From contig JBDRGQ010000004.1 in the NCBI GenBank assembly GCA_043817685.1, forward strand, positions 10,842 through 74,841: a stretch of DNA of 64,000 bases, in the 5' to 3' direction. Position 1 is the first letter of the stretch. Each line of letters begins with the position of its first letter. This document shows, piece after piece, positions 54,973-64,000 of the stretch. The notes under the pieces are model-generated. The model saw nothing but the letters and a program-made list of their open reading frames with translations. It did no database searches and was not told where the DNA came from. The translations under genes were made by a program, and so were the position numbers. The DNA comes from a bacterium (GTDB lineage: Bacteria > Patescibacteriota > Minisyncoccia > Minisyncoccales > RBG-13-42-11).

Positions 54973-56939
54973 ACTCTTTTAGTTTTAATATACCATGTTT
55001 CTATGCCGGAAAACCTTTTGGAAGAATCAGTAATTATCTTGTCATTTATCCCTTTAATGTCTTTTGAAACCAGATATAAATACTGCGGGCTGTAAAGGAA
55101 TACGGCTGGGACGTCTGAAATAATAATTTCTTGGAAATCTTCCAGTTTTTCCTTTCTTTCCGTTTCGTCCATACTTTGTCGGTTTTCTTCTAATAGCTTA
55201 TCACTCTTTGTGCTTTTATATCCAGCCAAGTTCAACCCGGGATCGTTTACTTGGGAAGAATGCCAGAAAGGGAAAGGATCTGGTATGACTCCTAGCACTT
55301 CACCAAACAAGAGCATTTCATAGTTTCTTGGTTTTATCACATCTTGCTCCAGAATGGATATTTCATATGGCTTAATATTTAGTTCTACTCCTATTTCTTT
55401 CCACTGATCTCTTAGGGCTTTTGCTATTTTCAGCAAAATTTCCTGTTCAACAGTTATCAAAGAAAAAGAAAGAATTAATGTTTCTTGAGATGGAGCGGCA
55501 CATAATTCGTTCAGTTTTTTTCTTGTGCTCGTTAAGACTTTTCCGTTTCCGGATGTTAATCCGTTAGGGACCAGTATCTCTGATTTGTATTTTTCCTGGA
55601 ATTTAATTACAGCCGTTTTTGTTTTACTTCCAAAGTATCCCGATACTGTTCCGTCGGGATAGACTTCCGAATCTTTGGCCAGACATTTTTGAAGTTCCGA
55701 TACTTCATTCCCAGTAGATCCGATGATTAAATCTCTGGTGAATTGGAAAACTGGTTTTTTTTCAAACTCTTTTTCCCTAATTCCATCTTCATTCATCAGA
55801 TATCCTTGGTCTTCCAGAATTTGTTTGGCTTTTTCTACGTCGTAAGGGAAAGAAATTTCAGGTTCTTTAAGTCCGTAAATTTCTGGAAGAACAGGGGATT
55901 GGATCACGCTTCCTAGTCCCATTAAAGTTTCTTGGACCAAGGACTCTTTATTAGTTGCGTGGTTTAAAGCTTTTCTTATTTCTTTATTAGCCAAGACTTC
56001 CGAATCTTCTGCATTTAAAAATACTGTGAAATATCTTGGTAGAGAAAGGGAATATTCTGGAAAATCTTTCTTTTCTATTTTTTGGTACGTTTTAGGAGAA
56101 GAAAAAGCTAAACCGTCTATCTTGCCGTTTTTTAAAGCCTTTATAGCATCTTCTTCGTTATCAAAAAATAAGAATTTAAGCTCAGGTATATTGGGTTTCT
56201 GCCCTCCATTTCCTGCGTTAGCAACCAATTTAGCTGATTTTATATTTCCTTGATTGTCTTGAGATAATTCTTTTATCTTGTAGAGTCCTGATCCTACGGG
56301 TTTTAAGTTATATATTGAAAGAGGGAAGTTTTGATAAGATATGTCTTCCCATATGTGTTTTGGTATTATTTTCTGCACGCAGTTTTCAATAAAAGTAGCG
56401 GAAGAATTGCTTAATTCAAATCTTATTGCGTATTCTGATATTTTTTCCACCTTTACTCCAAGCCAATTAGCTCTGACAGGACTTTTAATGGAAGGATTCT
56501 GGATTGTTTTTATAGTGAACAGCACGTCTTCTGCTGTTAAGGGTTTCCCATCAGACCAGAAAAAAGTCTCTTTTAAATGGAACTCAAACAGCATTCCTCC
56601 TTCTAAAACCTCATAACTTTCAGCTAAATCCAGCACTATGTTTCCGTTTCCATCATACTTCATAAGACCGGAATAAATAAGCTCTGTTAGATCTCGGTCT
56701 ACGTCAAAAGCAGCAGCATAAACAGGATTTATGAATCTAGGAGAGCCCACTATTCCTTCTGTATAGTTTCCTCCCTGGGCAGGAGCTCTTTCAGTATGGC
56801 TTAAGTAAAAACTGCTTGAAAGAATAATAAAACTCACGGCTGCCATAAGGAAAAAGACAAAAAAAGCTTTTCTTTCCTTTTTGCTTAGGATTTTTAAAAA
56901 TTGCCTCCATTGGTTTTTGGAGGGTAGCTTGGGTGGCAT
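54963..56939 (-). CDS. Extracellular solute-binding protein family 5 (DppA/OppA-like) with an inserted peptidoglycan-binding domain
   Basis: An N-terminal signal anchor precedes the SBP_bac_5 fold. The internal segment GSTGNEVSELQKCLAKD...DGTVSGYFGSKTKTAVIKFQEKY...GLTSGNGKVLTSTRKKL matches the PG_binding_1 consensus. Confidence 0.7.
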   Translation of the reverse strand: MPPKLPSKNQWRQFLKILSKKERKAFFVFFLMAAVSFIILSSSFYLSHTERAPAQGGNYTEGIVGSPRFINPVYAAAFDVDRDLTELIYSGLMKYDGNGNIVLDLAESYEVLEGGMLFEFHLKETFFWSDGKPLTAEDVLFTIKTIQNPSIKSPVRANWLGVKVEKISEYAIRFELSNSSATFIENCVQKIIPKHIWEDISYQNFPLSIYNLKPVGSGLYKIKELSQDNQGNIKSAKLVANAGNGGQKPNIPELKFLFFDNEEDAIKALKNGKIDGLAFSSPKTYQKIEKKDFPEYSLSLPRYFTVFLNAEDSEVLANKEIRKALNHATNKESLVQETLMGLGSVIQSPVLPEIYGLKEPEISFPYDVEKAKQILEDQGYLMNEDGIREKEFEKKPVFQFTRDLIIGSTGNEVSELQKCLAKDSEVYPDGTVSGYFGSKTKTAVIKFQEKYKSEILVPNGLTSGNGKVLTSTRKKLNELCAAPSQETLILSFSLITVEQEILLKIAKALRDQWKEIGVELNIKPYEISILEQDVIKPRNYEMLLFGEVLGVIPDPFPFWHSSQVNDPGLNLAGYKSTKSDKLLEENRQSMDETERKEKLEDFQEIIISDVPAVFLYSPQYLYLVSKDIKGINDKIITDSSKRFSGIETWYIKTKRVWK

Positions 56940-56942
56940 AGG

Positions 56943-57158
56943 CTAAAACACGAGATTCAATATAGCTAAGGCTATAAAACAGAATCCCAAAATTATTGTA
57001 ACTACGTAAAGTTTCTGTTGAATTCCTCTCCTGGTGGAATAGAATCCTCCTTCTTGTCCGAAAGCAGATCCTAGAGCTGTTCCTCTTTGTTGAAACAAAA
57101 CCAAAAATATCAAAACGACAGATACTGCAATTTGAGCTATGGATATATAATTTTCCAT
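56943..57158 (-). CDS. secG: Preprotein translocase subunit SecG
   Basis: A 71-aa protein with two TM segments and the LFQQRGTALGSAFG motif. Confidence 0.7.
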   Translation of the reverse strand: MENYISIAQIAVSVVLIFLVLFQQRGTALGSAFGQEGGFYSTRRGIQQKLYVVTIILGFCFIALAILNLVF

Positions 57159-57162
57159 GTTT

Positions 57163-57528
57163 TTATAATTCTTTTTCTAATGCTCTTTTAGGCTTATACA
57201 ATCCTAAAAAGAAGCTAATGACGAAAGCGATTAATGTGGTCCAGAAAAGGGGAATCAGGCCATTTATTGTTAATTCTGGGAAGATTACATCTACTGTCCA
57301 GATAATGGCCATATTAATAATCCAGCTGAATATTCCCAAAGTCAGTACTCTTAAGGGAAAAGTAATTATTCTCAATAAGGGTTTTACAAAGTAATTTATC
57401 AGACCAAGTATTGCTCCAGCCACTATCAGATATTTCAATTCTCCCACGAATTCCACTCCTGGAACATACTTATCGGCAAGCCAAAAACTGGCAACGCCAG
57501 CTAATATTTGGAAGACTAGTTTCGTCAT
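57163..57528 (-). CDS. DUF360/phage-holin-4_2-like four-TM membrane protein
   Basis: A 121-aa protein with four TM segments and a YvlD-like pattern (WLADKYVPGV). Confidence 0.45.
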   Translation of the reverse strand: MTKLVFQILAGVASFWLADKYVPGVEFVGELKYLIVAGAILGLINYFVKPLLRIITFPLRVLTLGIFSWIINMAIIWTVDVIFPELTINGLIPLFWTTLIAFVISFFLGLYKPKRALEKEL

Positions 57529-57551
57529 GATTTATTCATCTTATCAAAGTT

Positions 57552-58838
57552 TTAAAAACCAAGCAAGGATTTCTGCCTCAGTTTTTTATGATAAGCGATA
57601 GCGAATCTGTGGGCTTCGTCCCTCATGCTAAGTATTAAATTAAAAACATCTCTGGGCAAGATTTTGGCCAAGATAGGGTTTTTTCTTCCTTCAACATATA
57701 TTTCTTCGTTCTTTTTAGCCAGAGAAATTACTTTAGTTTTGTTCTTTATTATTTCTTTGGCAGCGTTTAATTGGGGTTTCCCTCCGTCTATTAATATTAA
57801 ATCTGCCAAGGGCCAGTCTTTGTGTTTTAGCCTTCTTTCCAAGACTTCTTTTAGCATGGCTACATCATCAGGCTTTGCTTCCCTTCTTATTTTGAATTTC
57901 CTGTAGAAGCTTTTATTTGGTTTTCCTTTTATAAAAGTGACCATAGAGCCTGTTGCTTCTTTCCCTTGGATGTTTGATATGTCGTAAGCTTCCATTCTTT
58001 CCACTTCTTTCTTTGTTTTGAATATCTTTTTAAGAGTATTTTCTAATTCCCAAATTTCTTCTTTTTCATTCTCTATTATATGTGAATGAAGTAGGACTTT
58101 TTCTAAAGCATATATTTGTTTTTTTATCCTTTCTGCTTTTTCAAACTTTTGCTGTTTGGAAAGATTTCTCATTTCTTTCTTTAGATTCGTCAATACTTGT
58201 TTCTTTTTTCCTTGGAGAACTTTTAGTAAGTTTTTTGTGTTTCTTTGGATTTCTTTTTTTATTGTTGATTTTAAGGTAGGTATCTGTTGGGCTGTTTTTG
58301 ATCTTGTTAAGCAGGGGGCAGAGCATCTGTCTAACTGATACCAAAGACAAGGTTTCTTTGGTAAGAAATTACAACTTCTAAAAGGGAATACTTTTCTCAA
58401 AGATTTTAAAGTTTCCCTTAAAGATTTCCCATCCACAAAAGGACCCGTATATTCTGATTTAGTTTTTAGAAGATTTATTTTGATTTGATGAGTTATGAAT
58501 ACTTTTGGGAATTCTTCTTTGGTAATTCCCGCATAGAAATAGTTTTTATCGTCTTTCCAAGTTATATTGTATTTTGGGTTATATTTTTTAATCAATTCAG
58601 CCTCTAATAAAAGAGCTTCTATTTCTGAAAATGTTTTTATGTATCCTATTTTGTTAACTTTATCAATAAAAAGATTGTCTCTATAAGAAGGTTGTTGAAA
58701 ATGGTCTTTTACTCTTATTTTAATATCTGTAGCTTTACCTATATATAGAAGATCTCTTTTGGCGTAAAAAATATAGACTCCAGGAGTTTTGGGGAGCTTG
58801 GATATCTGTTTTATACTTATAGTTTTTATCTTATCCAT
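57552..58838 (-). CDS. uvrC: Excinuclease ABC subunit C, short form (GIY-YIG + UvrC Cys region + RNase-H-like endonuclease domain; lacks the C-terminal HhH)
   Basis: GIY-YIG is present (GVYIFYAKRDLLYIGKA), as are the Cys-rich box FPFRSCNF...CLWYQLDRCSAPC and the C-terminal endonuclease domain (DLILIDGGKPQLNAA). Length is 428 aa, versus roughly 600 aa for canonical UvrC. Confidence 0.75.
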   Translation of the reverse strand: MDKIKTISIKQISKLPKTPGVYIFYAKRDLLYIGKATDIKIRVKDHFQQPSYRDNLFIDKVNKIGYIKTFSEIEALLLEAELIKKYNPKYNITWKDDKNYFYAGITKEEFPKVFITHQIKINLLKTKSEYTGPFVDGKSLRETLKSLRKVFPFRSCNFLPKKPCLWYQLDRCSAPCLTRSKTAQQIPTLKSTIKKEIQRNTKNLLKVLQGKKKQVLTNLKKEMRNLSKQQKFEKAERIKKQIYALEKVLLHSHIIENEKEEIWELENTLKKIFKTKKEVERMEAYDISNIQGKEATGSMVTFIKGKPNKSFYRKFKIRREAKPDDVAMLKEVLERRLKHKDWPLADLILIDGGKPQLNAAKEIIKNKTKVISLAKKNEEIYVEGRKNPILAKILPRDVFNLILSMRDEAHRFAIAYHKKLRQKSLLGF

Positions 58839-58945
58839 TCTGGGATTTTAGCTTAAAATTAGGTTATTTTCAATTATAAAAAGAAAAGACCCTGGAAAAA
58901 TTAACACATAGTTAGCTTTCCCGGGGTTTGAGGTGTTTATGGGTT

Positions 58946-59401
58946 TTAGCCCATTCGTTCTGGTTCTTTTGTTCTATTTATCGAAGGGGAGAAGATAATC
59001 TTCTCGGTTGAGGAAGATTCTTCTCCAATCACCACGTATATGGTTATTGTTTTCGTGGTGCCAGCCGGGATTAAGATTGGATCATGGAGTTTAAGAATAT
59101 TTGATCCCAGACGTACTCCGGTTGATTCGACCCAGAAACTATTTTGGCTTGACCATCCCAGGCCAGCGATCGCCCAATAATCATTGGGAGAAACATTAGT
59201 GATGTTGAATTTCCATTCCAATGTTTCACCTGGCCATATTTTTTCAGGAATTACTGGAGTATCTGCCGCCAACGTGACGACAAACGGCTCTTTTAGCTCC
59301 ACATCAGTGGAGACTCCAAAAAGGAACGCCGCTTGGACTGGGAATGCGATAACCAATATCGCCAGAATTGCCATTGCTATCGAAACCATTTTCTTTTTCA
59401 C
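58946..59401 (-). CDS. Secreted hypothetical protein (signal peptide; possible SipW-cognate/TasA-like N-terminus)
   Basis: The N-terminus is MKKKMVSIAMAILAILVIAFPVQAAFLFGVSTDVEL. Codon usage looks more GC-rich than the neighbouring genes. Confidence 0.4.
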   Translation of the reverse strand: MKKKMVSIAMAILAILVIAFPVQAAFLFGVSTDVELKEPFVVTLAADTPVIPEKIWPGETLEWKFNITNVSPNDYWAIAGLGWSSQNSFWVESTGVRLGSNILKLHDPILIPAGTTKTITIYVVIGEESSSTEKIIFSPSINRTKEPERMG

Positions 59402-59522
59402 TCTACACCTCTTCGTTTTTGATATTTATAATATAACATATTTATATTAATTTGTCAATATGTACATCATCGTTAGTTCTTTTGCTTGTTTTATCTCCTT
59501 TTTTGCATTATAATGGGGAATT

Positions 59523-62306
59523 ATGTCCGGAGACTTTATTAAAATTCGTGGCGCCAGAGTTCATAATTTAAAGAATGTAAGTCTGGATATTCCGAAGAAT
59601 AAATTAGTTGTTATCACGGGGCTGTCCGGATCTGGTAAATCTTCCTTGGCTTTTGATACTTTGTACGCCGAAGGTCAAAGAAGGTATGTAGAATCTTTAT
59701 CCGCTTATGCCAGACAATTTCTTGGCGTCATGGATAAACCAGATGCCGATTCAATAGAAGGAATTTCTCCGGCTATTTCTATCGACCAGAGAAAGTCTGT
59801 CCGCAATCCTCGCTCCACTGCAGGGACTATTACTGAGATATACGATTATCTCCGTCTTTTGTTTGCCAGAATAGGTATCCCTCATTGTTCTAAATGCGGA
59901 AAGGAAATATCCAGACAAACCATAGACCAGATAGTGAGTCAGATTGTTAAATTAAAACCCAAGACGGAAATAATAATATCGGGTCCTGTGGTTAGGGGGA
60001 AGAAAGGAGAACACGGGGGAATGTTGGAAGAAATACAAAAAGCAGGATTTGTCAGGGTTCAGATTAATGGAATTATTTACAGAATAGAAGAAGCCTTGGA
60101 AAAAGATTTAGACAAACAAAAAAAGCACAATATTGAAGTGGTAGTAGATAGATTAGTCATAGACAAAGATTTAGACAAGTTCAGATTGGTGGATTCTTTG
60201 GAAACAGGATTAAAATTAGGAAAGGGATTGGTAATGGTGAATGATATTTTATTCTCAGAGCATTTTGCTTGTGAAGCTTGCGGAATATCTCTTCCGGAAT
60301 TAGAGCCTAGGTTATTTTCTTTTAACAGTCCTTTTGGCGCTTGTTCTGCTTGTCAGGGATTAGGAGAAAAACTGGAGATGGACCCTAAACTAGTAATACC
60401 AAATTATAATTTAACTATTTCAGAAGGAGCTATTTTCCCTTGGGCCCATGCCTCCCACAAAATAGGAAGGCAGGGATATTATTATTGGAAACTTTCTGAT
60501 CTGGCGGAAAAATATAAATTCTCTCTGGACGAACCAATTAAAGATTTATCAAAGAAAGTCATTAACATGATCCTTTATGGAGAAGACGGGTTTGAAGGGG
60601 TAATCCCCAATCTGGAAAGAAGATACCATGAAACAGATTCTGATTTTGCCCGTCAGGAAATAGAACAATATATGATAGAAAAAGATTGTGAAGTTTGTAA
60701 AGGCAAGAAATTGAAAGAAGAAGTCTTGGCCGTAACCGTTGGAGGGAAGTCCATATATGAAGTGACTAGCCTTTCAATAATTAAAACCAAAGATTTTTTT
60801 AACTCTTTGAAATTAAAAAATAATGAATTAAAAATTTCCCAGCCAATAGTGAAAGAAATATTAAACCGTTTGCAGTTTTTAATAGACGTAGGATTGGATT
60901 ACTTAACCTTGGGAAGAAGAGCAGACACATTATCCGGTGGAGAAGAGCAAAGAATAAGATTGGCTACCCAGATAGGATCAAAGCTTACTGGCGTACTATA
61001 TATATTGGACGAACCTTCGGTCGGCTTGCATGCCAGAGACCAGGGCAGGCTGATAGAAACATTAAAGAAGTTAAGGGATTTAGGAAACAGTGTAATTGTC
61101 GTAGAACATGATTCCCAGACGATATTGAGTTCAGACTGGGTTATTGATGTTGGACCAAAAGCAGGAAAGCATGGAGGTAAAATAGTTTTCCAAGGAACGC
61201 CTAAATCATTACTGAAATCCCATACTCTTACTGGTGATTATTTGTCGGGCAGGAAAAAAGTAGATTTTACTGAATTGAGTCTAACAAAAACTAAACTCGG
61301 TTTAGCAAAGCAGAATTATCTGATTATAAAAGGAGCCAAAGAGCATAATTTAAAAAATATTACAGTTAAGCTTCCTTTGGGCAAATTAGTTTGTATTACC
61401 GGAGTTTCAGGTTCGGGGAAAAGCTCTCTCATGAACGATATATTAGCTAAGGCTTTATTAAAGAAGTTTTATCATGCCAAAGAAATGCCGGGAGAGCACA
61501 AAGAAATAGTTGGGATGAATTATTTGAACAAAGTTGTTTTAGTAGACCAATCTCCCATAGGAAGGACTCCGAGGTCTAATCCTTCTACCTATACTGGAGC
61601 TTTTGCTTTTGTCAGGGATTTATTTACGAAGACAAAGGAGGCTAGGATGAGAGGATACCAGCCAGGAAGATTCTCTTTCAATGTTAAAGGTGGAAGGTGC
61701 GAAGCTTGCGAAGGCCAGGGAGTTAAGAAAATAGAAATGTATTTTTTGCCAGATATATATGTTCAGTGTTCTGAATGTAAAGGACAGAGATTTAATAAAG
61801 AAACACTTTCTATAGAATACAAAGGGAAAAACATCGCTCAGACTTTGGAAATGACGGCAGAGGAAGCCATGGAGTTTTTCAAAGCAATTCCTGGTTTATT
61901 TGACAAAATGAAAACCTTGAACGAAGTTGGCTTAAGCTATATTCATTTAGGACAGCCCGCTCCTTCTTTATCTGGCGGAGAAGCTCAGAGGATTAAACTG
62001 GCTACTGAACTTTCCAAGAAAGCTACCGGTAAGACGTTATACATTTTGGATGAACCGACAACCGGTTTGCATTTTGAAGATATAAAGAAGCTGATTCAGG
62101 TCTTAAGGGGATTGGTTGAAAAAGGCAACAGTGTTTTAGTTATAGAACATAATATGGATGTAATAAAAAATTCTGATTGGATTTTAGATTTAGGTCTGGA
62201 AGGAGGAGACTCAGGAGGAAACATAGTGGTAGAGGGAACTCCAAAAGTGATAGCTAAGAACAAAAAGAGCTACACAGGTAAATTCATGAGAAAGTTTAAC
62301 CATTGA
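59523..62306 (+). CDS. uvrA: Excinuclease ABC subunit A
   Basis: Two ABC modules (GLSGSGKSS, GVSGSGKSS) and zinc fingers are present. Length is 927 aa. Confidence 0.95.
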   Translation: MSGDFIKIRGARVHNLKNVSLDIPKNKLVVITGLSGSGKSSLAFDTLYAEGQRRYVESLSAYARQFLGVMDKPDADSIEGISPAISIDQRKSVRNPRSTAGTITEIYDYLRLLFARIGIPHCSKCGKEISRQTIDQIVSQIVKLKPKTEIIISGPVVRGKKGEHGGMLEEIQKAGFVRVQINGIIYRIEEALEKDLDKQKKHNIEVVVDRLVIDKDLDKFRLVDSLETGLKLGKGLVMVNDILFSEHFACEACGISLPELEPRLFSFNSPFGACSACQGLGEKLEMDPKLVIPNYNLTISEGAIFPWAHASHKIGRQGYYYWKLSDLAEKYKFSLDEPIKDLSKKVINMILYGEDGFEGVIPNLERRYHETDSDFARQEIEQYMIEKDCEVCKGKKLKEEVLAVTVGGKSIYEVTSLSIIKTKDFFNSLKLKNNELKISQPIVKEILNRLQFLIDVGLDYLTLGRRADTLSGGEEQRIRLATQIGSKLTGVLYILDEPSVGLHARDQGRLIETLKKLRDLGNSVIVVEHDSQTILSSDWVIDVGPKAGKHGGKIVFQGTPKSLLKSHTLTGDYLSGRKKVDFTELSLTKTKLGLAKQNYLIIKGAKEHNLKNITVKLPLGKLVCITGVSGSGKSSLMNDILAKALLKKFYHAKEMPGEHKEIVGMNYLNKVVLVDQSPIGRTPRSNPSTYTGAFAFVRDLFTKTKEARMRGYQPGRFSFNVKGGRCEACEGQGVKKIEMYFLPDIYVQCSECKGQRFNKETLSIEYKGKNIAQTLEMTAEEAMEFFKAIPGLFDKMKTLNEVGLSYIHLGQPAPSLSGGEAQRIKLATELSKKATGKTLYILDEPTTGLHFEDIKKLIQVLRGLVEKGNSVLVIEHNMDVIKNSDWILDLGLEGGDSGGNIVVEGTPKVIAKNKKSYTGKFMRKFNH

Positions 62307-62337
62307 CAGAAACCTTATATTTTTATAATTTAAAACA

Positions 62338-62364
62338 TTAGCAGTCGATATTTATAAGTGCTAA
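62338..62364 (+). promoter_or_regulatory. CIRCE-like inverted repeat (HrcA operator) upstream of groES
   Basis: TTAGCAGTC-N9-AAGTGCTAA matches the consensus TTAGCACTC-N9-GAGTGCTAA with 2 mismatches. It lies between a TTGACA -35 (62303-62308) and the groES RBS. Confidence 0.55.
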
Positions 62365-62377
62365 TTAATTACCTATT

Positions 62378-64000
<1,623 letters not shown>

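Overview
This is a gene-dense window with low GC content (about one third, estimated by eye, not computed), and almost all of it is housekeeping genes. By inference only, it resembles a reduced Gram-positive-like or CPR/Patescibacteria-like genome: proteins are short, Mfd and UvrC are truncated, rpoBC sits away from rplKAJL, and competence/pseudopilin genes are prominent. No rRNA is present to confirm this.

Recognisable content, in order:
- murA (partial) on the minus strand.
- A UDP-GlcNAc-related trio: YvcK/CofD-like, a GlmU-like nucleotidyltransferase with a left-handed beta-helix domain, and a BadF/NagK-like sugar kinase.
- tsaC-tsaD, a PAP2 phosphatase, tRNA-Leu(CAA), topA, a truncated mfd, a minimal standalone GGDEF protein and pth.
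- lepB, hisS, HIT, and the rpsU-yqeY-ybeY block.
- ftsA-ftsZ and comEC.
- An envelope glycoconjugate locus: GT28 MGDG-synthase-like, EamA-like permease, membrane-anchored glycoside hydrolase, Dpm1-like GT2.
- htrA, clpB, and a membrane-anchored degenerate trypsin-like pseudo-protease.
- pilD plus four prepilin-type proteins, then ligA, a SEDS (rodA/ftsW) protein, an HTH-TM protein, comFC and an O-antigen-ligase/TPR protein.
- rpoB-rpoC, ftsK, recA, and rpsF-ssb-rpsR (minus strand).
- A sugar-nucleotide set: phosphomannomutase, galU, and a bifunctional PGI/PMI SIS protein.
- trpS, RNase J, tRNA-Leu(CAG), an orphan SBP_bac_5 protein with an embedded peptidoglycan-binding domain, secG, a truncated uvrC, uvrA, and groES-groEL (partial) preceded by a CIRCE operator.

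I found no CRISPR array, transposase, integrase or obvious prophage.

The most unusual items are:
- the minimal GGDEF gene with a structured leader;
- two intergenic blocks with perfect hairpins (2539-2860 and 27046-27391) that may be small RNAs or attenuators;
- the clpB/pseudo-protease pair;
- the envelope glycan locus;
- the competence/pseudopilus cluster.
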